A stretch of DNA of 62,499 bases, counting the filler, from Psammoneis japonica (Eukaryota), in NCBI GenBank assembly GCA_008632985.1. It is 6 parts of 6 records of this genome, joined end to end, with 100 filler letters (N's around TTAATTAATTAA, not from the genome) between each part and the next. Parts side by side here need not be neighbours in the genome. Positions count along the whole stretch, not along the records: positions 32,326 to 42,537 come from QPGO01000527.1; positions 42,638 to 52,731 come from QPGO01000528.1; 4 more parts are not named here. One strand, given 5' to 3'. Numbering within the stretch: the stretch's first letter is position 1; each line of letters starts with the position of its first letter. Of the stretch, positions 35,120 through 47,800 are shown piece after piece. The translations under genes and the position numbers were made by a program. The notes below the pieces were generated by a model. The model saw only the letters and a program-made list of their open reading frames with translations, was not told where the DNA came from and made no database searches.

Positions 35120-36010
35120 GGTGCCATGATGAGTCAGCCGTCGACTCGGATCCGGAGAGATTCCGCAAGCTGAGTCAATTGTGCATGACGCCTGCACTGC
35201 TCTCGCTGCTTCTGACTTGTCCTGTCAGAGTGCGAACAATGCAGTTCGGTGTTTTGTTTTGGCAGATCGGAGTGTTCCCGATCGCCGCAAATGCCCTCTT
35301 GATCATGCTGGATCCGGACAGCCTCCACAAGCCACTTGATCTGATCGCAGTGCGATCCTCCTCGTTTTGTCTGATCTGAGTGTCAGAACGCGAGCATGCC
35401 ATCTGAATGGCCCAAGGGTGTCTTTGTTTTTGGCAAGCTTGGAACACATCCTGCTGCTGCAAACGCCCTCTCTGATCACCAATTGATCCATGGACTGGCT
35501 TGACTGTCTTTAGAGCCTGTGAAACCATGATGAATCAGCTGTCGTTCTTGGATCCGGACATGTTCCACAAGCCAAGCTGATTGTGCATGATGCCTGCATT
35601 GTCTTCATTGACTTCAATGGATTTTGTTGAGGCGCGAGCATTGCAGTTAGGTTTTGCTGTTGGTGTTGTTTGGGATCATGTTCCCGCCACCTCAGACGCC
35701 TCTCAGATCGCACTGGATCCGGAAACTCTCCGCAAGCCAGTTGATGTGGATTGTAGTTCGATCCAGCCTCGTTTTGTCTGATCTGAACATCAGAACGCGA
35801 GCATCCCATCAATGTGGCCTGATGTTGTTTAGGTCTGCTGTCCTGAAACTGTCAGGTCATTCTAAAAATCGGCCGATGCCCTCTTGGATCATGCTGGATC
35901 CGGATGATCTCCACCAGCCAGTTGATCGGGATTGTCATCTCAATCCACCTCTTTTTTTGTCTGATCTCAATGTCAGAACACGAGCATTCCATCAATGCAG
36001 CCCAACACTG
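35120..36010 (-). repeat. Five degenerate coding-type repeat units anchored on GGATCCGGA
   Basis: ggatccgga near 35148, 35310, 35550, 35716 and 35896; shared tgtctgatct..gtcagaacgcgagcat block in three of the units. Confidence 0.8.
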
Positions 36011-38379
36011 TTTGGGTCTGCTGCCCTGCAATTGTCAGGTTGCTCCACAATGTCAGCCTTTGTGTCGTCCTCAATCATCTCTGTTGATGCTGCCCGATTC
36101 ACGTGATCGGTGCTTGTTCTCTTTGCACGTCTCTATCCTTGAATCCTTTTCATGTGATGTCAGATGATGCCAATCACTGTGCCAAGACTGACAGAGATTT
36201 TCTGTTTTTTCTTTATTCTGGCGCTGTCATGCCGTTCTTTTTCACCATGGTGATGATCGTTTGATCATCAAAATTTTCCGAAATGTTTGTCGACAAATCA
36301 ACTCTGCATGTTCACATTAAGATCCGTTGGGATCTTTCTGTCCTCTGTGTGTCACATGATCCCGTAAGGTTTTTATCTTGCTTTGTCTCATCACATTCCT
36401 GAAGATCAACAAAACAGCTTCCCGCCAAAAATTCTCTAATTTTCTGATGTCCTCTCTCATGCATGTGTTCACATGAAAAATTTGTGTGTTCTATCCATTC
36501 AAGACTCTCTTTCAAAATCGCGCCAAAATCGGCAGAAATTTCGTGCCACTCTCGCCCTCTGGAGTGCTCTCTACCAGCAGCTGCCGGCAGGTGCCTGCAG
36601 CTAGTAGAGAGCCCACTCTACCGCAACACAGCATCCAGTCTTGTGAACGGCTGTCTGGTCGGAGTGGCGATCTTGTTTTATCGTGCAAGCGAAAATCGTG
36701 TACGGTGCAAATCCACTGCATTTGCAGTGCACAGGTTTTTTTAGCTGCACTTGTCAACGCTCACAATTTCGAGTTTTGTGCTCTGTGTGTGTGTTTTTCC
36801 TTCGTTGGCTGCCAGCTCATTGGCGTGGCTACGTCACCAAGCGTTTCTCCTGAACAACTCTTGTGCCACGCGTTTCTTTCCTTTTCTCTCTCACACTCCT
36901 CAAGAACCAGAATCAACACCTTTGGTCATGATTGCGGTCACACGGACCAATTTCTCATGGTCTGGTGTGGTGACATTTTCCGGATGAAGCCCTCAAGTCC
37001 AATTCGTGCGGCTTGTGACCTGTCCGAGCTCATCGACTGCACTCTTGCTGGTTGGTTCGGTCGCTTGGGACCATGTCCCTTGTCCAAGACTTTGCTCTTC
37101 ATCCGGCTGTTGTCACAAAGCTGGTCATGTTTGCTGTCAGCCAGACCAATTCCTTGTGGTCTACGGTTGTAAGATTGTGCCGATGATGAAGTCCCAAGTC
37201 CGGCTCATGCGGCTCGCGACTTGTCCGAGGTAATCGACTGTGATGATCTTTGACCAAGTGTTGACACTTCGTTCGGCTGTTGTTAAAAAGGCATTCTCGG
37301 AATGTCTTTGCGGTCTGTTTTGCTGCTTGGCCCCAGGGTGCCTCTGTCATCTCACTGCAATCAAGGATCAACATTGTGAACCTGCTTGGTCTGACCGTCT
37401 GTGATGATCTTTGACCAAGTTTTGACTCTTCGACTCCGGCTGTGCCACCTCATCTTGGCGGTTTTGCTGCCAGCTTCTGAATGTCTCTGTTGGTGCGTTG
37501 CCATCCTGGATCAATGTTCCGAATTTTTTAAATCTCGATTGTGATGTTCAAAAGGTCCTGCAGGCACAACTTGGCTCCGTTCATCAGTTGACCAGACAGT
37601 GTCTTTGCTCTTGGGAGAATGTCCCTTTCTGTCTTTTGTTTCACTTGTCCTTTTATGGCATTCATTCCAGCCTGTGACTTTTGGCTCCTGCGGCTCACGA
37701 GAACCGACTGGACACACACGCTGGCTCAATCCCCTTTTTCCGTTTGGAGAATGCAATTTCTCTTTAGAGTGCAGATGTCGTTTTACAGTCATTGTTGCAC
37801 TCAACTGAGTCACTGGCATTTGTTGCTTTTTGGAATGACATCCTTTCCTGCTGCATTGTTCACTTCACTCATCTCTTTTGTTGTTCAGTCTAGACCATGC
37901 TCCACCGGCTCTCACGGCTCGCATTGTCGACATGAGCACAGAATGCACTCCTTCTTCACCCCCTTTTTTCCTTTTTGGATGACAGACTGTGGTTTTTTCA
38001 TTTTGCCACTGTGCTGGTCGCGGATGACCCCTTTGTGCAACCGGGACTCGTGATGGTTGGCACCTCACTGGGGATGTCTTGGCGGTTGTCGTCTTCGGGA
38101 TGCTGGCATTCTTGGTGGCCTTTGTGCCACTGGCACTTGTGGTGGTTGGAGCCTTGGTGCCATTGGTGTTCATGGCATTGGAGCCTCAGTGACACTTGCA
38201 CTTGATGCAGTTGAGGCCTTTGCAATGCTGCTGGCAGTGGGAACGTGAGTCCCGACCTTGTGGATGCCATCCGCGAGGTCGATCCTGCGACAAATCGTCA
38301 AGCATTTTTCCAGGGTTCAAACGCGGCTGTGTTCTTGCCTTTGACAACCTCTTCAACCTGCTTTTGCTTGACATGCAAT

Positions 38380-38640
38380 GTCTCCATGAAACTTGTTGGG
38401 ACATTGACAAACTTTACAAGGACAACTGCGCCACATGGCTGACAGCACCACGCACCTGGAGCTTCGGCGCGTGATGACCAACTCATCTTGGTCGCCAAAT
38501 AGAGAACCTCAGCATTCGTCATGGTGACCTCTTTGTTTTGTTTTTTGTGCTGAACACGCATCATCTCCACGAAGCTTGTTGGGACATTGATGAACTTTAC
38601 AAGGAAAAACCGCGCCCGATGGCCAACAGCACCACGTGAT
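38380..38640 (+). repeat. About 182-bp tandem duplication
   Basis: tctcca(t/c)gaa.cttgttgggacattga..aactttacaagga at 38381 and 38564. Confidence 0.85.
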
Positions 38641-40614
38641 TGGTGACTGGAGCTCTCTGGCTCATGACACGCCCAACTGGTTTTTGTCGCTCGATGGAGA
38701 ACCTCCACATTCATCTGCTCACCCAACGAAATGGACACGATCATTTCGATGTGCAATTGTTGAGTCGCAGCCTGGTGTCTTTTAGAACGAGGTGAGGATC
38801 CCTCCACCGACAAGCACCTTTCTGACAACAATTTGCGGGCACGGCCAAATTCGCAGCATTCCGCAGGTGCAAACGCACACGATTTGCGTTCTTTGTTTTC
38901 TGAGGCATGAAATTGTCGAGCATGGTGAAGCTCACAACCTCGTGCTGGCTCTGCTGTTCCCGACATTGTTGGCACACAAGCCGTGTTTTGTCGTCAGGAT
39001 GTTGGAATGGGGTGGAACAATTTTTTTGCAATTCTCCGGGATTCGGCACACTGGATCCACTGCATTGTTCTCGGGCCCGCATCCCTTCTTTCTTGACACT
39101 GTTGAGAATCATGATGGCTTTTGCTTGAGATGTTTGTGTTCCAGATTGCTGTGCTCTGATGACAGATTCATTGGGTGGTCGGGTGTCGGGCAGCGCTTTG
39201 GTTGTTGCTGATCGGATCCCAGCCAGGTTGGCGAATCTTGTTTCTGGAGAAAAGGTGAACTTCAGCTGCCATTCGCGGCCCTGCATCAGTGGCCGATCAC
39301 TGGTCTAGCATGATGCATTCCTTGCAATTTGTTGCCTTTTGTGGAAAATGTGTCGATGACCCGTGGTCAGCGGCAACGTGCGGTGCAAACTGCAACTCAG
39401 CTCACGCGCGGGATTGGTTTTTTTTTGCATCACTGTCATGAGATCAGCTTTTCGTCTCTCCTTTTCTGGAGAGATCCAGCTCTCTAGGGACTTCAATCAG
39501 AGGCCAAAATGATGCGCTTTTTCAAGCTTGGCACTTCCATCTTTTTGCAAATGCCGGCAGTTTGGCATGGTTGGCAACTCCTCGATCACTGCTGGGCATC
39601 TGAGATTTCCTTGCTTCCACTTGGGAACTCAAGAACTTGGTCGTGCTCATGCAAACCGACACTGCTTTTGTTTCATTGGCATCATGTCCTTGCCATTTGT
39701 CACTCATTTCCCACTTTTGGAGTTGTTGCAGCCAATGCACCGTCAACTGCTTGCAACACATTTGTGACAATCAATTGAAAGCAAACACATTCAATGTCAT
39801 TTTTTGCTCTGATGGCTGGAGTGGCTAGACTTGCAGTGTGTCAAGCTGTCTCACGAATTGTCACTGCCATTGTCCCTCTTAAATCAAGGTGGAAAATTGT
39901 TCCCATCAATCTTGCAGGAATGCCGCTGGTGCGACTCGCTCCCTTTCGTCAGGAGTCATTCACTCCATGGTCTAGAGTGATGTTGTTGAACTTGGCAAGC
40001 ATGCGTTCCGGTGGCTCGTGTTGCTTGTCTTGATTGCCTGCTGTAGTTCTTGTGGCCTGGCATTAATTGGATGCCATGTGCGCGAGCATTCTGCTTGGTT
40101 GTGCGGCTCAAATCACAACCCCTGCACCGCTGTCTCGCTCTCAGCTGTCAGGGACTTCTGTCCAGATGATTGTGCCTACAAAAACTCGGGTGCATCCATT
40201 TTCCCTTCTTGATCTGTCTGCATGCACTGCCCATTTCTTGCCGAAACAGCGACATTGTGCCCTTGATCGATTGGGTGGTCTGCCTTCCTGCGACTGAAAA
40301 ATTTCGAATTCTGTTCTCGCATCGATTCATGCAGATGCCGCTGGTGACAGCACACATGGACAATGGTCTTGTTGTGCCCGCTTCTATTTTGGTTGGAGCT
40401 TGTGATTGATTCACCACATTGCCTTGAGCATGGAGTCCATCCGCTGGCTCACAGCGGAGGTTTGCCGCCTTCATGGCCCACTGCGAACTGCATTCCGGAG
40501 ACAGGTCTCCTTGATTTTGAAAATTTCATTTTGTTGTTGTGTTCAAATGTTGATGTTCTGATTGGCATTTGGATTACCTCTGTTGGTGATGCCACCATCC
40601 GTTGGAAAATTAGC

Positions 40615-41019
40615 TCATTTTAGCACGCGTGCCCATGCAGCATATATTTTGGGGCACGCTATCCGCCCGTTGGGATGTCGGTCTGCCGCCCGTTGGTGCG
40701 GTACGGGCGGCACTGAGGCTGATTGCGCTTCCGGCCGTACAGTTAGCACTGTTTTTACTTGAGTATCGGGGCAATTTGCATTGTCATAAATGTGCAGAAA
40801 CCTTCGTGAGACGCCCAAACCCGACGATTGGATGGGTTCACTCATGTTATGTTCATTCATGAAGATGTACATATCATCACGACTTAATCCGAGTAGCATG
40901 GGCGCGGCCCACCATCTCTTGTAGCTGGGGGTTCTAGTTCCGGTTGCAATTCCGTTTTTTTCTTTTTTCTTTTTTTTTCGGGCTGGCGCTGCTGCCTCCG
41001 ATGACATGGGCGCGTACAT
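40615..41019 (-). CDS. Small hypothetical protein (134 aa) with a basic NLS-like tract, in a TpA-preserved island
   Basis: Open frame MYAPMSSEAAAPARKKKKKEK...WARVLK keeps five Tyr codons while the flanks have essentially none. Confidence 0.4.
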   Translation of the reverse strand: MYAPMSSEAAAPARKKKKKEKNGIATGTRTPSYKRWWAAPMLLGLSRDDMYIFMNEHNMSEPIQSSGLGVSRRFLHIYDNANCPDTQVKTVLTVRPEAQSASVPPVPHQRAADRHPNGRIACPKIYAAWARVLK

Positions 41020-41052
41020 TGCACTTTGTACAATGCGTCGGCAGCCAGATGG

Positions 41053-41760
41053 TCTGTTCACACAGTGTTGGGGAACAAAATGGACGGAGTTAGATCCTTG
41101 GATCCGCAGATTTGTTCCCTGTTTTCTGGCTGCTGTCTCAGCAGCACCACACGAATGTGTGTGCTCGTGTGTGTTTCCATGCATTAGATGTGTTCATGTG
41201 TTGATTGTTGCATCCATTCGGCAGCTTGCACTGTGCATGTCATCGGGGTTGCAGCCAAGCCGAGGCGGTGGCAGGGAATCTGCGATTCTCGGAGCCAAGA
41301 CGGTGGGCCCAGCACAAGGAGAGGACATCTCTTGGGTGGCCGTGCTCTTGGAGGAGTCACCGTGAGACAGCAGCGCGCAGTAGAAGGCAGACAGACAGAC
41401 AGACGGACAACAACGAGAGGCCACCCCAGTTTCCCTCATTGTGTTTGGCGGACTGCCGGTGACGATGGGGTCAGTTGCATCGACCCGACATGGGCCGACA
41501 ACGCTGAAAATTCCCACCCAGCCCAGCCCTCTGTTCACACAGTGTTGGGGAACAAAATGGACGGAATTGGATCCATAGATTTGTTCCCTGTTTTCTAGCT
41601 GCCATCTCAGCAGCACCGCACGAACATGTGTGCTTGTGTGTGTTTCCATGCATTGGGCACATTCGTGCATTGATTGTTGCTTCCATTCGGCAGCTTGCAC
41701 TGTGCATGTCATCGGGGTTGTTGCAGCCAAGCCGAGGCGGTGGCAGGGAATCTGCGATTC
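41053..41760 (+). repeat. About 235-bp direct repeat pair (41053-41288 and 41530-41760) flanking the 225-bp (CAGA)n repeat copy
   Basis: tctgttcacacagtgttgggg...gggaatctgcgattc occurs twice. Confidence 0.95.
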
Positions 41761-42537
41761 CGCGGCTGCATGAAGTCAGGCGGGACTCATTCAGTCACGC
41801 ATGCACACACACCCTCCGAATGCCACTCACCATGAGAATCGGAGCGGCATTTCATGCCATTGCCAAACCTTTTCAACAACAGCAGTGCTTTAGAACAGTT
41901 TCCACCATCATGTGGAAACCATTTTCATCACTTGTTTGAAGGCAATTGCTCAATCAAAAGGTCAAAAAATGGATTTTGCAATTGCACCACCATCTGCTGC
42001 TCTTTTTCGTGTGCTGTCGCGATGCAATCGCACTGCGCTTTCATGTCACTGACTCGTTCTTTTTATTTGATGCGCTCGTTTCATGCACTCACACAGGGAG
42101 CATTTCGACCATGTTAAAAGCCCTGACGAGGAACACCGGCTCTTAGTTTCATGTCGACATTTGAGCCATTTGTCTGCGGCGGACATTTCTGCATCAATCA
42201 AAATGGGGCTGTTGCGTGTCATGCACTGTCTTTTGGATCAAGCCAAGCAACGGATGGTCAATTTCATTGACAATGTGGATTGTGGTGTGCGTCATTTGAT
42301 GGCAGACAACGGCAAGTGCATGATTTGTGGAGCTCACAACTTGCTGCCGTGAAAAATGATGACATTCACCTCAAACGCAAGCAACTGACGACACTTTCTT
42401 GCCATTTTGCATTTTTCTTACTCATTGTTGAAAGCTTTAGGCACTTGTCGCTTTGTTGCGGTTCTGCACTGCATTTTTAGCCGTCAATGTCCAATCTGTC
42501 GTCTCGACTTCTTGCGGCAAAAATCGGGATGGATGAC

Positions 42538-42637
42538 NNNNNNNNNNNNNNNNNNNNNNNNNNNNNNNNNNNNNNNNNNNNTTAATTAATTAANNNNNNN
42601 NNNNNNNNNNNNNNNNNNNNNNNNNNNNNNNNNNNNN
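42538..42637. other. Artificial contig linker
   Basis: N44-TTAATTAATTAA-N44. Confidence 0.98.
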
Positions 42638-43760
42638 GCCAAGTCTTCTTGCCGAGTAAAACAGTCCGGGCACGACCCGACAAGTTTCCTTCTTTTTGTT
42701 TTGCAATTCTCAAACGTCTTCATCATGGGTCCGTCCAAACAGTGCGCCATCATCACATCCAAAGGAAACTCACCCTCGCAATGTGCACAGTCAGCACACC
42801 CCACGGACAACGACAAATGGGGCACAATTTCCCACCCAGTGCATCAGCCAACACTCCCAGCCGCAGTTCCTCTGCTGGAACCGTCAAATCACGGTGCCAC
42901 AAAGTCATCTCATGAACAAATGAAGAAGGTCGATTTGTGGCACAATCGCGGTGGCCCCAACCTGCATTTCTCACCGACGCCACCCACCAATGTCGCCACT
43001 CTTGAGGAATTGGACACCACACATTCGAAGCTCCGTTGGCAGCTGCAACTCGTTCATCAGAAAGTGTCATCCAGCAAAAAGCCGGCCATGTCCATTTCCA
43101 TTGTTTCGACACCGCCGGCAGCAGCTGAGCTCCATCATGTGGCACTTCCAGATGGTTGCAACACTCATCACACATCCCACACAATCCTCCAACGTCAGCG
43201 GGCACGAAACAAAACTTCTTGTTGTGCGTGCCCCTCGGAAAGTTGGTGGCAGAAACTTCCCGCACTCGAAAACTGTCAACATGAGCCAAGCCCGCATTGG
43301 CGCCATTTGTCATTTCTTCCCAATGACAATTGACACAGAAACGACCACTCCCGTTGACAGATTCATTGTTCGATGTGTCTGTGTCATCAAAATCCGCACC
43401 CCAATCAACGGACAAATGCTGGCTAATGTCAAGTGCATTGTCAAGCATGTCGTCGACGACACCAAGACCACTGCCAGAATCAGATGGTTCCACACTGCCC
43501 CAATCACTGCCCACACTCTCTCGTGACAACGAAACACCATCGTCAGCGGTGTGCGGTGCACCAAGGGTGCCACAACCAACACTCGCCTTTTTGCAAAGAC
43601 GACAATGCCCGTCATTGCAAATGAATCTGTTCTTGTGAACAAGACAAAGCTTTTTTCTGACAGCGGTCTCACGATGGCTTCTCGCCTTTTCAAACGGCAT
43701 GCACCACGCCAAAATTGTGACAATTGCCTGGCAAGAAACTTGTTGTTTTCCACATTGACA
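42638..43760 (-). mobile_element. Decayed N-terminal region of a probable diatom Helitron-associated protein, truncated at the contig start
   Basis: Motifs CVNC, C..C..HL, WKWTWPAFCW..L, W.PIPQEWRHWW and CPWG resemble the N-terminal part of long diatom proteins that I recall carrying Helitron Rep/PIF1 domains downstream; those domains are not in the window. Confidence 0.45.
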
Positions 43761-44899
43761 TGAAAACCGTTCCGGGACTTAAACTGAACAAGACTCGCAT
43801 CGGTTGCTTGTCAGATTTTCCCCAAAATTTGGCAGTGGTGGAAAAATCGAACAACCAGCAACCAGTCGACAGCAATCCACATTGCTCAGAATCGCACCTC
43901 CATCAGGGTTGCCATGCATTGTCCTCCATTGCTCACACATCACACCCGCTGTCAACTTGTCACATGCATGACATCACTGTCCACAACACGAACAACCTTT
44001 AAAAACACTTTCTCAGAATCGCTCAGCAGTTGATGTCAGAATCAACAGTGCCCAAAGTGGTGCGATGTGTTTGGCCATTTTACGAAGACCCGAACACCCC
44101 AACGATTCATGCGACCGCAGTGACGTCAAATCATGACCGCAAAAAACAGCCGAAAATCCCCAAAACGACAACATGCCTCGAAAACGAGATCATGAAGGTG
44201 TGCTTTTCTCTTTGCCAAAAAAACCGCCACGAACCATTTGCAACGAACTGGGAGTGTCATAAAAAGTCGCTGCACGATTCTTTTTTATGGTCGAAAAACC
44301 ATGTTTTTCGTTCAGGGTCAGGCATTCATTGGCCCGCCATTCCGGTGTGTAGAGAGTTGCCATCAGATTTCAGACCGACTCCGGGTCCCTCCCTGGCGTC
44401 GACCTGTCACACGGCTGACCCACAGAAGCGCAGCCAACGGACCAAGGCTGTGTGGCATGTGCGCTGTTTGTTTCATCGTCACGAGTCTCATCTTCTGTCA
44501 CAACTTCCTTCTTCGTTTTTTTGTTGTTTTGGTGGGAGCGACGACAGAGTTGGCATTGTTCAACATCATTCCTCCCATTCATTGCGGCTGGTGCAACAAA
44601 CTGATGGTGGCTGTGCCACTCTACATGCGCACTGCGAAACGCGCGCGGAACATCGCGCACCCCCTGAAATTCAAACATTTGTCAATTTGTCGCGTGGCTG
44701 CTGGAAAAGTGGAGGTTGGGACAGGGTTGCAACATTTTGTGGGAGGTTTCTGAAAAGTGGATTCTTCGTGGTGCTTGACGTTGATTCCTGCAAGGATCAG
44801 TGTTCTCTTCTTGTTTAAAACAAAATGTTGCTCAAATGTCAAAGTGTTTGAGGATCTGACTCCTTGATTTAGTGACGACTTTGTCCGAGTGATTTATGA

Positions 44900-47800
44900 A
44901 GTTCCATTGCATCGGTCATTTGGAAATGTCTTGGTCATCCAAAGTGAATTACAACCGCATTCGTGCACTCAGATGTTTGCTCACATGACAGTGTTTGGCG
45001 ACGATGACTCAACGAAATTTGCTTGAATGTTGAGCAATGTTTAAGGGTGACTGTCTTTCTCTGAACAAACCCGTTGTCCGTCCCCCGTGTGGGGTGAACA
45101 ACCCGTGCAATGTGAGCCAAGCAAACCTTTGGTGTTGCAGTGCCCAGGTGCTTTGTTTTCTTTTTTTTGAAGCAACTGCAGCAGCTTTGTGGTGCCAGCC
45201 AAGGCACGAGCACCAACAAAGCAGGAGGGGGTGCAGCACCCTGCTTGCTGTGTTGCCCATTTTTGGGTCCAGCACCCAGCGCCAAGAGGCAAGCTGAAAC
45301 GGGGCAACACACAGCTGCAAGGGGGCAGCTGCAGGCTGGAGAACAGAGCGCATTTGTGAAGTGCGTCCTGAGCTGCTCTCAGCCCTCAGGTCACAAACTT
45401 TTGGCCCTGCGGCCAGATTTTGGCCCTCATCAGAGCTGCAAAACACTCAAAATGCGGGCACTGGTGGTTTTTTGCTCTCTCCAAGCCAGCATCTTGCAGG
45501 AGAGCAGAGCAAATGTGGCAAAACACACGTGGAAAATGATGACTTTGGGTGGACTCAGCATCCCAAATTTTTGGCTTGCTTCAATTCAGTGGGCGACATT
45601 TGTGCGATGCACAACAAAAACAACAGCCGCGCACAGTGCAGCAAACATGGCAATGGCATTCAAAGTTGATGGGAGAAGCCAATCACCCATTGTCACAGCA
45701 GGCCATGACAGTGGCACGCTGCTGCTGGCACTCTGATGACTCACGATGCTTTGTTGGTGCATTGCGGGAATGCGGGCCAGTCTCTTTTTACCTTGTTGTT
45801 GTCATCCTTTGTCGCTGGCATTTTTTTGCCTTTCTCTTTTGTTCTGCAGCGGGCTTCTGACTCTGTTGGCTCTTTGTGAATTTGTTTGCAGTTTCATTTC
45901 CTTCTGAACAGTGGCCCCAAGTCTCCAAGCCTTGCACATTGCACGTTGCTGCTCCTCAAAAATTTGACATCCAGGCAAACCTTGTTGCTGCTGCTTCCAA
46001 ATCTGGCGACCCTTCCCGACCACAGCACCGCTTTTGTTCACCAATCCACCAACCCCAGCTTCTGTTGTGATTCTTCCATTGATGTCCAAGAGTGTCTTCC
46101 TTGGAATGATGTGTTGTTTGGCAAGCACAAACCGTTCCCATCATTTTGGCTTTGTGTTCTCCATTGCAACACGAGTGGTTTTTCCTCCTCTCACGACCGC
46201 AGTGTTGCCTTTGTCCACAAATGTGCTGTGAGAAGTTAGAAAAAGCATGTGCTGTCAGCCGGCAAGCAGTTGAACAAATTGACCTTGTTGTCAAGCAGGC
46301 AGAATCCACTCCAAAGATTTGTGCAAGATTTTGAGTCATTTTGGACTCACAATCAGTGCAAGATGTTTGGTGGTGGTGATGAGGAGCTTCTTTGTCCTCT
46401 GGATGTTTTCGCGCAGTGTCTTTTCAAACAGCATCAACGACATGCGTGTTGGTGCCATCATTCAGAGGCAGCTCAGCATTTTTTCCTTTTGTTTTGGGTG
46501 CTGCTGCTGACCTTGCATCTTTTTTTGCTTTCAGAGCAGTTGCTCTGTCTTTCTTTCCAATTGATCTGGAACCAGTGCCATGTGTGCAACCCTTTTCTCC
46601 ATTGTGGCTGGTTCTGACTCGTGAAGACCATTGTTGACAGTTGCTCAGAAAAACCAAAATTTGTGGGAGAAACAGCGGCGCCACATTTTATGATGTGCAA
46701 GGGATCGCACACAGAACAGTGCCAGGTGCTCAAGGACATGCTTCATCAATTTTGGACATCTTGCTCAACAGCGCCTGACAAAGTTCTCATTTCATGACAG
46801 CAAACACCGCCCCACCGAAGCACAAAGTGTGTGTGCACTTCTTGGTTCTTCCTCTCAGCTCTCCACATCACATCTGTGCAGCACACTCATCTGACTTGTT
46901 CCCACCGAGTGATCATGGCTGTGCACAAGGAAGAGCCTCATCACAAAGAATTTTTGAGACACTTAAAAAAATCCTTGAGTAAATTGTTGTTGTTTTGTTG
47001 CTTCTTTGTGGTCATTTTGAGTCTTGTTTGTGCCAAAAACTCAAAAAAGTGAGATGACAGATCCTCAGAAAATGCAAAGAAGCATTGATTTGCACCTGGA
47101 ATCTTGCAAAAATTGCAAATGTTTGTTGAGATTTCTTGTGCACAAGCAAAGCAAAAAAAAAAAAGCAACCGTGTGGGTCTCAGCAGCACAGGTTCTGCAT
47201 GCAAGGCATTCCATCAATTGGCAGAGGGCTTTTGCCATGTGGCAGGACGGCACTGCTCATGGTGCCAGCTGTTTGGTGTTTGAGGGCAGAGCTGGCTCTT
47301 TTCACTGAGCACCTTTTGACATCATTTTTGTTTCTGTCCACAACAAAAGCAACCTTCTTCCAAGCAGGAAATGATGGCAAGTGGAGCTTGTGGCTTGCAG
47401 TTGTTTCTTTCTCAACAACTGTGCAACTGTGACAACTTTCTGGTGTTGTTCATTTCTGACAAGAACAGCGATGCTCTCATTTGTCTCACTGACCAGATTG
47501 CACATCGGGCTGTGTGTTGCTTCATTGTCTGATTTGCACCTGTTTTGTCTTGTCATTTCTGCGCTGAATGACATGCTTTTGCTGCCTGTTTCCTGCCCTT
47601 TGTTTTTTCCATGCGTCCCACCAGCTCCTGTTGTTTTTTGCAGTCCCCACATGAGAGTGCCCCAAGCGCTTGCCAGAAACACACCCCGGCATGGATTGCC
47701 AGGCAGATGCAGAGCTGATCAGATGGAGAGCAATGACAAGTGCCTCTCACAAAGCACCCAGGGTCACAAGCCCAAAAATGTTGCTTGTCGTTTGCAATCC

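Larger units (their letters stand above)
32326..42537. mobile_element. Contig of TpA-depleted, decayed, mosaic repeat DNA (unclassified) with several internal duplications
   Basis: TpA almost absent except at about 36200-36830 and 40610-41030; no intact recognisable gene. Confidence 0.55.
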
